From an uncultured Planctomycetaceae bacterium (GTDB lineage Bacteria > Planctomycetota > Planctomycetia > Pirellulales > PALSA-1355), in contig CAWAUV010000002.1 in the NCBI GenBank assembly GCA_963785305.1, positions 64,001 through 128,000 on the forward strand: DNA of 64,000 nucleotides, written 5' to 3'. The notes beneath the pieces were generated by a model that worked only from the letters and a program-made list of their open reading frames with translations, did no database searches and was not told where the DNA came from. Below are positions 1 through 8,786 of the stretch, one piece after another. The position numbers were made by a program, and so were the translations under genes. Each line of letters starts with the position of its first letter. Within the stretch, counting starts at the first letter, position 1.

Positions 1-12
1 CTCATCAGCCAT
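1..12 (-). CDS. 5' end of a gene running off the window (MADE...), possibly another GYF_2 protein
   Basis: ATG at 12-10 with GGAGG RBS at 22-18; co-oriented with the GYF cluster; only 4 codons visible. Confidence 0.35.
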
Positions 13-107
13 CTCAACCTCCGATCAATCGGGCAGCACAACATCCATTCGCACCCCGGACGCTGCCAGGGCTATGCTGGCTGCCAACGTGGGACTGCTC
101 GAACTTC

Positions 108-1067
108 TCAAGGTCCGAGCAATGATGGCACAATGATCTTGTAAACATAATACTGTACTAGGAAAATCAAAGGCACTGATAGCGTGGCAGCGGCGTCCGG
201 GATACGCTGAATCGTCGTGCAACCGCTGTACATCATTAACACTGTGGTCGTAATACCGAGCATAAATATGGGTAGGATGAGGTCGATATTTCCCACACCG
301 ATGATTCCAATGGATAACCACATGGCCCCAAAAGGCAGATTCGACGCTCCTGCGATGAAGACATCGCTTTGGATGCTCCCCTGTCCCCGGAAAATCTTTC
401 GCACAACCGCACAGCCCGCAGTGGTGCTTGCAAGCGGAAGTAGGCCAAAAAAAAGAAGGAGCTTTAGCACGCTCCCGACGCTCAACCCGCCAACATCACT
501 ATCCATCCCTTGTGGCATAAACTTAGAAGAGGAGTGTACTATCATTCTTACCCCCACGACGGAGGCCACCATATATGCAAGCCCGAAGACGATTCCGACC
601 ATCATGGCTCGATGCGGCCCCAAGCTCTCGAATGCAACTCGCATTCCGCCGACCGGATTTGCAGCCATTGCCTTGAATGCCGTCAGGGCATCCGTTCCGG
701 CTGACAATGCGGCCTCCTTTGCCTGCTTTCCAAGCTGACGGGCCGTCTCTTCCGCTTGCTGCATTTCACGGGACTTACGGCGAGTCGTAGAAGAAGACGC
801 TGGCTCCGAATCGATAAAAACGGATGCGTCACCATCCTCGTGCGTTGGCGGCACTACGGGCGGTATCGCAGGCGGCGACGATAGGTTCGTTGCTGGCGAA
901 GGAAACAGCCCTTTTAGTCGGTTGGCCGGGAGCCATTCTGGCATCCCCTCCTTCCAAACAAGGTCGGTCGGCTGAAGCTCGCCGGCATCTGCGAGAGCCT
1001 TCAATTGCTCCGCAGCCACCGGCCCAAAACTCTGTCCGCCACGGCTGTAGTGATACTCGGCTGCCAT
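108..1067 (-). CDS. GYF_2 (DUF4339) domain multi-pass membrane protein
   Basis: N-term YHYSRGGQSFGPVAAEQLKALADAGELQPTDLVWKEGMPEWLPA is the GYF_2 pattern; Pro-rich linker; ~5 hydrophobic helices in the C-terminal half. Confidence 0.85.
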   Translation of the reverse strand: MAAEYHYSRGGQSFGPVAAEQLKALADAGELQPTDLVWKEGMPEWLPANRLKGLFPSPATNLSSPPAIPPVVPPTHEDGDASVFIDSEPASSSTTRRKSREMQQAEETARQLGKQAKEAALSAGTDALTAFKAMAANPVGGMRVAFESLGPHRAMMVGIVFGLAYMVASVVGVRMIVHSSSKFMPQGMDSDVGGLSVGSVLKLLLFFGLLPLASTTAGCAVVRKIFRGQGSIQSDVFIAGASNLPFGAMWLSIGIIGVGNIDLILPIFMLGITTTVLMMYSGCTTIQRIPDAAATLSVPLIFLVQYYVYKIIVPSLLGP

Positions 1068-1131
1068 CGGTGGTGAAATCCTATTCGCTACTCGTGATTT
1101 GGCTTGATGCTACTGCTGGGAATAGCGTCCT

Positions 1132-1659
1132 CTACTTCAACCTATTTCCCGCCTCCTTGAAAGCTTTGTACGACGGGTAAACTTCCCCGTTGTAAACAAA
1201 GGATTGCTTCCGAGGCTTTTGCTTGACTTCTTCGAGCATGGGTTCGTCCGGGGGATAGGCGGGACGAAACCCATCCTTTTCGGGTTCGACTTGCGGTGCC
1301 TGAATCGAATAAGGCTGGGCCGACACGGCATAAGGGTCGGGATACTCAATGGGAAAAGTAGGCAGTGCAGCCTGCTTTGCAAACATTTCTCTCATGCAAG
1401 GCGTGCAATGGGGAGAATTCAAAACCCAAGTCGGCGGATGTTGCCACTCGTATTGTGTCGGGGGTCGGAGAAGGCGACGGTCGGCCTCACTATATATGTT
1501 ACGACTGCCAAAACAACCGAAATAGCTCGGTATGCCGAGAGGCGGCTTATATCCCGAACCAGTCGAAGGGTATCCGCCGGGTTGTTGGGCCTTCGACGAA
1601 CCGACGATTAAAGCCGTCCCAATATACAAGACGAACAAGACATAACCAAGCTTGTGCAT
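1132..1659 (-). CDS. hypothetical secreted Pro-rich protein
   Basis: Signal-peptide-like N-terminus (MHKLGYVLFVLYIGTALIVGSSKA); fills the gap between co-oriented genes. Confidence 0.65.
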   Translation of the reverse strand: MHKLGYVLFVLYIGTALIVGSSKAQQPGGYPSTGSGYKPPLGIPSYFGCFGSRNIYSEADRRLLRPPTQYEWQHPPTWVLNSPHCTPCMREMFAKQAALPTFPIEYPDPYAVSAQPYSIQAPQVEPEKDGFRPAYPPDEPMLEEVKQKPRKQSFVYNGEVYPSYKAFKEAGNRLK

Positions 1660-1713
1660 ACGATGTCTCCAGTTGAAAGTTCTGGTCAGGGGGGCGGACT
1701 TCTCTCAGCCTGT

Positions 1714-2748
1714 TCACCATTTTAGGTTCTTCCATTCAGCCGGGTCCGTACTGGATCGCTCCGATTCCGAACCGTTGCGTTCCACGGCCATGCTCATCGA
1801 ACGGTGCAGTCGTCCATCATCATGGCCCGAAGTCGTCGAGGCTTCTGAGGCGACCACGCCTTCGCCCTTTCGGTAGGTGACGGTTGTGATCGTGTGGTTC
1901 GAGTCCATGACGAGTTCTTCTTCGATGCGAGCGACAGAGCCCGGCATTTCAACGACCCGATACCGCTTGGAACTCCCTGGCAAAGGTTCCCACGTCCACG
2001 TGTCTCCAGGCCCGGCACCCAATTTCAATTTGGGCTCCCAGTAAATGTCCTTGGTCTCGCCCAAGTGGCAACCAATTTCCACAAACTGACGGGTAAGACG
2101 ATAATGATCTGGAAAGCGTTTCGGCTGATGAACGTCCTTCAGCCATTCGGTCTTGCCATTCACGACTCTGCCGATTCGGACTGTGACGTGCTCGATGTCG
2201 CCGCCAGCCTTCTGCGAAACAATGTGACGTGTCCGCATGGTTTGTCCATCGGGTAAAGTCATATCCAGCAGATGCACCGCCTGACTGCCGGGTGTGAACG
2301 GAAAAAAGTCTGCCGTCACAACGAACTTTTCGACTGTCTGTGATTCTTGCTGAGGGGAACTTGAAGGTTCCTTTTTGTTCGCCCCTGCGGCGTATCCAAG
2401 TAGCAGGAATGCTACCCAACACCCGGTCCAGACGAGTTTGCGAGTCCGGCTCCAGGTTGGATGGTTCCAGACCAAGTACATCCCGATGGGAAAGCAAAAC
2501 ACTAGCAATGACCCGATGACAAGTGGATGCTCACCAAGACCCCAAATGCCCTCTCTTGAAGATTCGGAACGTCCTTCATGCGAAGCAATTTCCGGCACGG
2601 TTGCGACTGCCAGCCAGTCGCTCATGTTTGGCTTCCAAATCAGATCAGTCGGCTGAAGGTTGCCCGAAGCGACCAGCCGCCGCAACTGACTTGTCGAAAC
2701 GGGTCCGTGCCGCTGACCGTAATGGACGTAGAACCATTCCTTGGGCAT
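1714..2748 (-). CDS. GYF_2 (DUF4339) domain membrane protein with extracytoplasmic domain
   Basis: WFYVHYGQRHGPVSTSQLRRLVASGNLQPTDLIWKPNMSDW; two TM helices (LLVFCFPIGMYLVW; VWTGCWVAFLLLG). Confidence 0.85.
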   Translation of the reverse strand: MPKEWFYVHYGQRHGPVSTSQLRRLVASGNLQPTDLIWKPNMSDWLAVATVPEIASHEGRSESSREGIWGLGEHPLVIGSLLVFCFPIGMYLVWNHPTWSRTRKLVWTGCWVAFLLLGYAAGANKKEPSSSPQQESQTVEKFVVTADFFPFTPGSQAVHLLDMTLPDGQTMRTRHIVSQKAGGDIEHVTVRIGRVVNGKTEWLKDVHQPKRFPDHYRLTRQFVEIGCHLGETKDIYWEPKLKLGAGPGDTWTWEPLPGSSKRYRVVEMPGSVARIEEELVMDSNHTITTVTYRKGEGVVASEASTTSGHDDGRLHRSMSMAVERNGSESERSSTDPAEWKNLKW

Positions 2749-2788
2749 ATTTGCACCTGACTTGTTAGGTCAACGGGGCCATCCTCGT

Positions 2789-3679
2789 TCAGCCGAGAGC
2801 GGCCACCTTGGCGTCGAATTCTTCTTGGGACAATATGCCGTTGTCGAGGGCAGTCTTCAGCTTTGCCAATTGCTCGGATTTCGCTTTCTGTTGTCGCTCC
2901 TTCTGAATTGACTGTTTGGCAATCTGAGCAAGTGTTGCGTACTTTGCATCGAAGGCAGCTTGGTCAATGATCCCTGCTTCGAGAGCGTCCCTGAGCTTGA
3001 CTGCTTTTTCCTCAACGACGAATTGCACTTCATATTCGTCCACCTTCACCCGAAGAGCGTTCTTCTTCTCGGCAAGTTCCTGGTCGTTCAAAATCCCTGC
3101 TGAATGTGCGGCTTCGAGTTTCTGGAGATCGCCTTTTGCCTTTGCAATTGCTTTTTCCCGTGGCGACTGGACTACCTCGATAGGAGTGGCCTCCACGGTC
3201 GGCCGAGACCCAGCGGTAATTGGTTGTGTCTGATTGGGTACGGGAGGAGGAGCCGCTACGGCGTTGCCCTTGTCGTCAACCGTCTTGGTCTTCTTGAATT
3301 GCAGGCTATGCTCCATGAACTCCACGATGTCTCGTTCCACTTTCATTGTCCAAGCGGCACCAGCGGCTCCAGTCAGCAACGTGAAGCCGCCCGTGAACAG
3401 TGCGGTCACGCCTGCACCTGCTATGTTCTGAGCCCACTGACCAGTGGCACTCTCAAAGACGAACTCGTTCGGCGAGTCTGATGGGTAGAGCCGAATCTTG
3501 AATGCGATATTCGTTCCGAGGAGCGTTCGCATTTTTCCGGTCTTGCGAGCTTGGATCATGTAAACCCCGTCATCATCGGCGGAATCTACTTCGTATTCGT
3601 TCTGTTTGAACCAGAACACGAGTCGCTTCGTTGTTGCGGCTAGATCAGGATTGGGTGTTTGAAAGTAGTGTTTGACCAT
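2789..3679 (-). CDS. SHOCT-repeat protein
   Basis: Three SHOCT-like motifs (LQKLEAAHSAGILNDQEL, KLRDALEAGIIDQAAFDAK, LAKLKTALDNGILSQEEFDAK); Gly/Ala-rich hydrophobic segment. Confidence 0.8.
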   Translation of the reverse strand: MVKHYFQTPNPDLAATTKRLVFWFKQNEYEVDSADDDGVYMIQARKTGKMRTLLGTNIAFKIRLYPSDSPNEFVFESATGQWAQNIAGAGVTALFTGGFTLLTGAAGAAWTMKVERDIVEFMEHSLQFKKTKTVDDKGNAVAAPPPVPNQTQPITAGSRPTVEATPIEVVQSPREKAIAKAKGDLQKLEAAHSAGILNDQELAEKKNALRVKVDEYEVQFVVEEKAVKLRDALEAGIIDQAAFDAKYATLAQIAKQSIQKERQQKAKSEQLAKLKTALDNGILSQEEFDAKVAALG

Positions 3680-6025
3680 GTTGTGTACACCTTATGTGGA
3701 CAGCGGCGTGAAGGTCTTTGAAGAATGAATGACAGAGTTAGCTAGGGCATGGTTATGGGTGAGAAACGAGTGATGTGGTGCGGAGCACCCGGTATCACTT
3801 ACCTTTGAAAAACACCAAAAGCTCGTTCGGGTCGGCAGTCGCCTGCAAATCGAATGTTACGGTTGCATCTTGGCATCTGTAGTCATAGTTCCATCGAAAT
3901 GATTTCTCGGAACCCCTGACCGTAACCTCCTGGGGCACCCCGAAGGTCGCAAACCACTTCTTGAGCGGGCATTTAATCGCACCGCCCTTACTTGGTTCGC
4001 CGGCTGTCGTTATTGTGCCTAACGCCTTTATGAACTCTGCTCGGGTATGACCTTCCGTTGGAAACGTTGGAAGGCTAGGAGGGCCGGGAAAGTTGTCTCC
4101 CCCGATAAGAATAATCCGGTGTGCCTCTAAAGCCCAGGCGGTGAGTTCTTGCACTCCCATCTTCAACGTGCCGTCCGCAAAGCGGTAAGACCAATAGTGG
4201 GAATAGGAGCCGCAAAAACAAGGCTCTATGGCGTCGGGTTCGCCGAGCACCCGCCGCATATCGTCTGTTGTCGTCGATAGGTTGTAGAGGAAGAACTTGT
4301 CCTTGACTCCGAAGGCGTCAAAAAACGCTCGCCGTGTATTTACATTGCGGTCACAGCGTTGGACGACTCCATGCTCGTATAAGAGATCGACCGCCAGAGA
4401 GCCATTTTCATCCCATACGGCGTACCGGCCGTGCGGAACACCATCGTCAAAGGTGATTTCTGACTTGACCGCACCATTGGCAAACCACTTCACGGCCTTT
4501 CCATCTGCATGACCCTGCACGAAGAACATCTCCGCCGCCTTCTTGCCGTTGTCATGCCACTGTGTCGCCCGTCCATGCTGGCGACCATCAACGAAGAAAG
4601 TTTTCGACCGTTGGCGTCCATTCTCATACCATTCCGACATTGGACCGTGACTTTGACCGCCAAAGCAGTACCCCTCTGCGGCCTTGATCCCTTGGGTGCC
4701 CGACGTGGGCGGTTTGTACCACTTAATCTGACTTCCGTGACTTACGAAATCGCCATTGCCGCCAACATACCCATGCGATGTCGTCGCATATACGTCTTTC
4801 GTCTCGGGCGTGAACCGGCTTTCGACGGGCTCGCCAAGCGGTCCCTTGGAATAATCAACGTTGGTGAACACCGGATCGGCGTGCGACCTCACACTGGGCA
4901 TCGTAGGCTGGCCTCCGCCGCCATATCGAGGACGCAGTAATTTCGCCGCAACAAAAAAATTCAACGGCCGATTATCCACAGTTCGGCTCACAACAAGCGT
5001 CCACCCCGCAGCCTTGCTGGATGATGCGATCACTTTTGTGTCCGCCTTGCAGACGCCTGATGGGTGAGAGGAAGCCGACGCCTCGGCATAGATCGGAGTC
5101 CCTTGAGTGAGATAGTGGGTGAAGTGCTTCTCCAAGGCAGATTCAGTCAGATTGCCTGGAGCATTGTCATCGGTTGTTTTGACCCAACCCTTCCACTGAA
5201 CCCACACTTGGCCTTCTGATGGAGCGGTGGCATCGCCTGGTTTGGCGATGCGATAGTTTTCTGAAAACCACTCTGCTTTTCCTTTCGGAATCTCTTGTCG
5301 TGGCGAGTTGCGATTGCTCGTTATGGGGGTGGCCGGCAAGCCTCCCATTGCAGATTTATCAAAATGCTCGTCCTTCGCATGAGGTTCATTGTGCGGAATG
5401 TGGGGTTCAGAAGGCGGTTCCGGCGTCAGCGATCCGTAGTCTCTGGTCATTTCCTTCGCTGACTGCACTCTTTCGTCCGCCTCCGCTTTCGCCCGATTAG
5501 CAAGGCGTGCAACATCGGAGACGGCAGTTGCTTGCGATGCCACTTCTTTACCCTTCGTCGAGGGCCTCAGAGAGTGGAAGGCACCGTAGATCAGAATGGT
5601 GACAAGGCCCGCCGCCAATGTGAGAAGCGAGGACTGTGCCCACGACTTTTTCGTACCTCCTGATTTGCAGAATCTACGTGCGTTGGACTTCACCTGTGAC
5701 GATAGTGTTTCCATCTCCTGATCTAGCCGAGCGACATCGGCCAGGGCTTCGACGATAGGACTCGTCAAGGCAGGGGAACCACTCTGATCCCCGTGCCGCT
5801 CGAACGCAGCCTTCCCTAATTGCCGAAGCAATGAATTGAGTTGCACCGAAAGTGCCTTCTCTTGGGCGACATCTTTGATGGTGTTTGCAGTGGCCTTGGC
5901 CTTCTCCGCAAACCCCTGCGTTGCAACGACATTCGCCTGCCGCTTTTTTAGCGTCTTGTGAGGTGCTGACGATTTGACGGACAGGCGGACAACTTAGCAT
6001 GGGCGTCCAGCAAAGGAGAGCCTGG

Positions 6026-6350
6026 ATGAGCAAGAAGCGAGTTCGGTCCGTAAAGTCTGCCCCGGCGGCGCCGGCGTCTCGGTCGCGGCGGGCGTTCGAC
6101 GAGGGCTTCAAGAGTGAAGCGGTAGCAATGCTGCTGGATGGGCATTCGGCGGTCTCCGTGGCCGAGCGGCTCGGGCTGTCGAGCGTGAATTTGCTATATC
6201 GCTGGAAGCGAGAGCAACTCGACAAGGCCGGGCCGGCGGCGAGTTCGCTCGAGGCGCGCGTGCGGCAGCTCGAACAGGAGCTGCACGCGCGTCGAGCGCG
6301 AGCGTGACATCTTAAAAAAAGCGTTGGCCATTTTCGGCCGCAACGGATAA
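6026..6350 (+). CDS. IS3 transposase OrfA (HTH), with a 1-nt indel near 6286
   Basis: RRAFDEGFKSEAVAML...LLYRWKRE HTH; typical tail RERDILKKALAIF in the shifted frame; AAGGAG RBS. Confidence 0.85.
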
Positions 6351-6355
6351 GCGAC

Positions 6356-7234
6356 ATGTACGGCGCCGTCGAACCGATCGTCGTGGAAAGTCATACGTCT
6401 ACCGCGCTGGTATGCGATATTCTCGACGTCTCACGCAGCGCGTATTACGCCTGGCGCGGCGCCGAACCATCGACGCGTGAACAGCGCGACGCGGAACTGG
6501 CGCCGCGGGTGCGTGAAATCTTCTGGAAGCATCGACGACGCTACGGCGCCCGACGAATCGCCTGGGAGTTGACCGAGGCGGGCCACGCGTGCAGCCCCCG
6601 AAAAGCCGCGGAAATCATGCGAAATCAGGGCCTGAAAGCGATTCAGCCGAAGTCGTTCAAGCCGCGCACCACCGACAGTCGCCATCGCCTGGGCTACAGC
6701 CCGAACCTGTTGCTGGAGGAACCCGAGACCACGCGGACCAATCAACTTTGGGTCGGCGACATCACGTACATTCCGCTCGCCGATCGATCGTTCTGTTATC
6801 TGGCGATGCTGATGGATCGCCACTCGCGGTTGCTCATCGGTTGGGACTTGGACGCATCGATGACCGACGCGCTGACCGCTCGCGCGCTCACGCAAGCCGT
6901 GCGTCGACGCCAGCCTTCGGCGAGCCTGATTCATCACACCGACCGTGGAGGTCAATACGCGAGCCATCGTTACCGCGACATCCTCCGCCGCGCCGGCTTC
7001 CGCCAGAGCATGAGCCGCGCCGACAACTGCTACGACAATGCATTCATCGAATCGTGCTTCGGAACCATCAAGACCGAACTGGAAATGACCGAATATCAAA
7101 ACGAGCGCGTCGCCGCGGGCGAGATCGCCGAGTTCGTGCGCTACTACAACCACGAACGCCGCCACTCCTCCTTGGGCTACCGCACGCCCTTTGAATTCGA
7201 GCGACAACTGAACAACCAAACACCGACGCCTTAG
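6356..7234 (+). CDS. IS3 transposase OrfB (DDE/rve)
   Basis: WVGDITYI, HHTDRGGQY, DNAFIESCFGTIKTE, YYNHERRHSSLGYRTP motifs. Confidence 0.95.
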   Translation: MYGAVEPIVVESHTSTALVCDILDVSRSAYYAWRGAEPSTREQRDAELAPRVREIFWKHRRRYGARRIAWELTEAGHACSPRKAAEIMRNQGLKAIQPKSFKPRTTDSRHRLGYSPNLLLEEPETTRTNQLWVGDITYIPLADRSFCYLAMLMDRHSRLLIGWDLDASMTDALTARALTQAVRRRQPSASLIHHTDRGGQYASHRYRDILRRAGFRQSMSRADNCYDNAFIESCFGTIKTELEMTEYQNERVAAGEIAEFVRYYNHERRHSSLGYRTPFEFERQLNNQTPTP

Positions 7235-7582
7235 GGAATCGCCTGTCCGTCAAATCGTCAGCACCTCATTGATCTTGGTGACAAGATCGTCCAACTGGCC
7301 GAAGAGCGGTGCGAATTCCTCTCGAAAGCGTCCGTCCGTATAGCAATCCTTGCCGAGGGCAAAGTACGCACCAGGGATCGTTATCTGAGTGAGCTTCGTT
7401 TTGTGTGCCTGCTTGGCAGCGACTTGACCGGCCTTCTTGAAAGTGCCGCCAAACGTGGCGTCAGGCTCGTTCTCACCTGAAGGAGGATCGGCGTATGGAG
7501 TCGGATTGTCCATGAACAGGTTCCAGTTGTCAGAGGCACGAACGCAGCTAATCCCTTGTCAGAAAGTTGCAATCCATCAACG

Positions 7583-7609
7583 AAAAAAGGAGCCAGCCGA
7601 AGCTGCTCC
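7583..7609 (-). terminator. intrinsic terminator
   Basis: GGAGCAGC-TTCG-GCTGGCTCC-TTTTTT on the minus strand: GC stem, cUUCGg loop, U6 tract. Confidence 0.7.
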
Positions 7610-7717
7610 TCGGAGGCCCTGCGACAGGCCCGTGCGAAAACAGCGTCCGACTGACTCCCGTACAGGGAGCCAGTCCAAACGCCGATCCGCACTCAGAAGT
7701 CGCAGGTTTCCGAGGAG
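7583..7717 (-). ncRNA. candidate structured leader RNA or sRNA (long rod hairpin plus terminator)
   Basis: Five nested stems across 7606-7717 whose mismatches become G-U pairs on the minus strand; non-coding region ~70 nt upstream of the 7513 start. Confidence 0.5.
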
Positions 7718-8192
7718 GGCGAGAGGTACTTGCAAATGAATTTGTAGCGGGCGGATCAGGCCCGAGGCGGCGATCCTGCTGAGCAGGGCCGGATGTCTTT
7801 TCTCCAAAAGGGTTTCACGAGGGTCGAACGAATCGCCCATTATGCTACCCGGCCAAGGGGGTGGATTCAATCTTCTCGGGAAAAAACGCATTGCCGCATC
7901 CGAAGGCCGTCTGAATACACGGGCGGGAGCCAGCTTTTTGACCGGCTCCCGCCCGTCGTCGCAGAACCTCCGGGAGCAAAACCTCCATTCACTTGGGCGG
8001 ACGCCGAACCCAAAACCGGACAAGAGATTCTGTGGCGTCTGAATGTCCGGTCGTGGAGCTTGCTTCCGCCTGTCCAGATAGGCGGCTTTCGAGTCATTGG
8101 ATTTCGCCCAAGCCAAGCGATTGGGGTTGCGTCGTCGGTACAATGATCGATCAGCAGAGATCGGCAGTTCTACCGAAGACGCAGGCCAACCG

Positions 8193-8786
8193 ATGGGCAA
8201 TACGACCGAAATTCGCACATTGCTGGAACGGCTCAAGGCAGGCGAAGACAGCGTTCGGGAAGAACTGATTCGGCATTCGTGCGAACAGTTACGGATTCGG
8301 GCCAGCCAGATGCTCAGGAACGACCGGCTCGGGCGATGGGAGCAGACCGACGACGTGCTGCAAGAGGCGTTGGTTCAACTGCATAAGGCACTCCGAGAGG
8401 TCCATCCTGAATCGGTGCCAAAGTTCTTCGGACTGGCGGCACTGCAAATCCGCCGCACGTTAATCGATCTGGCTCGACGGCATTTTGGTCCACTTGGACA
8501 AGGCAAGCACCACCATACGGACGGCCACGGAGCAGCGGCCGACGACGCAGGTGGGTCGTTGGACCGGCAGGCCAAAGAACCAGCCGATTTGGAAGACTGG
8601 ACGAGATTTCACGAGGCCGTTCAAGCGTTGCCTGACAGCGAACGTGCTGTGTTCGACATGATTTGGTATCAAGGCTTGACTCATGCTGACGCCGCCTCAC
8701 TATTGGACGTTGACGAACGCACGATTCGCAGACGATGGCTTTCGATTCGTAGTAAGTTTATGACCTCGCTGACGCAACCGGAATGA
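8193..8786 (+). CDS. ECF RNA polymerase sigma factor (kinase-associated, planctomycete type)
   Basis: Region 2 QTDDVLQEAL...IRRTLIDLARR and region 4 LPDSERAVFDMIWYQGLTHADAASLLDVDERTIRRRW; ATGA overlap with the kinase gene. Confidence 0.9.
   Translation: MGNTTEIRTLLERLKAGEDSVREELIRHSCEQLRIRASQMLRNDRLGRWEQTDDVLQEALVQLHKALREVHPESVPKFFGLAALQIRRTLIDLARRHFGPLGQGKHHHTDGHGAAADDAGGSLDRQAKEPADLEDWTRFHEAVQALPDSERAVFDMIWYQGLTHADAASLLDVDERTIRRRWLSIRSKFMTSLTQPE

Larger units (their letters stand above)
5959..7268 (+). mobile_element. IS3-family insertion sequence (1310 bp)
   Basis: Perfect 29-bp terminal IRs TGAGGTGCTGACGATTTGACGGACAGGCG (5959-5987 / 7240-7268), TG...CA ends, 3-bp TTG target duplication. 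Confidence 0.95.
3795..7513 (-). pseudogene. MORN-variant repeat (YwqK-like) membrane protein interrupted by IS3
   Basis: Removing IS 5959-7268 plus one TTG joins the 7513 ORF in frame to the 3795-5846 ORF (...LVTKIKTLKKRQ...SVQLNSLLRQ), giving 801 aa; HGxxxxWYENG-type repeats. Confidence 0.85.

Noticed and set aside
7527..7563. Direct repeat TTGTCAGA x2 upstream of 7513
   Set aside because: Only 8 bp and two copies; could be chance.
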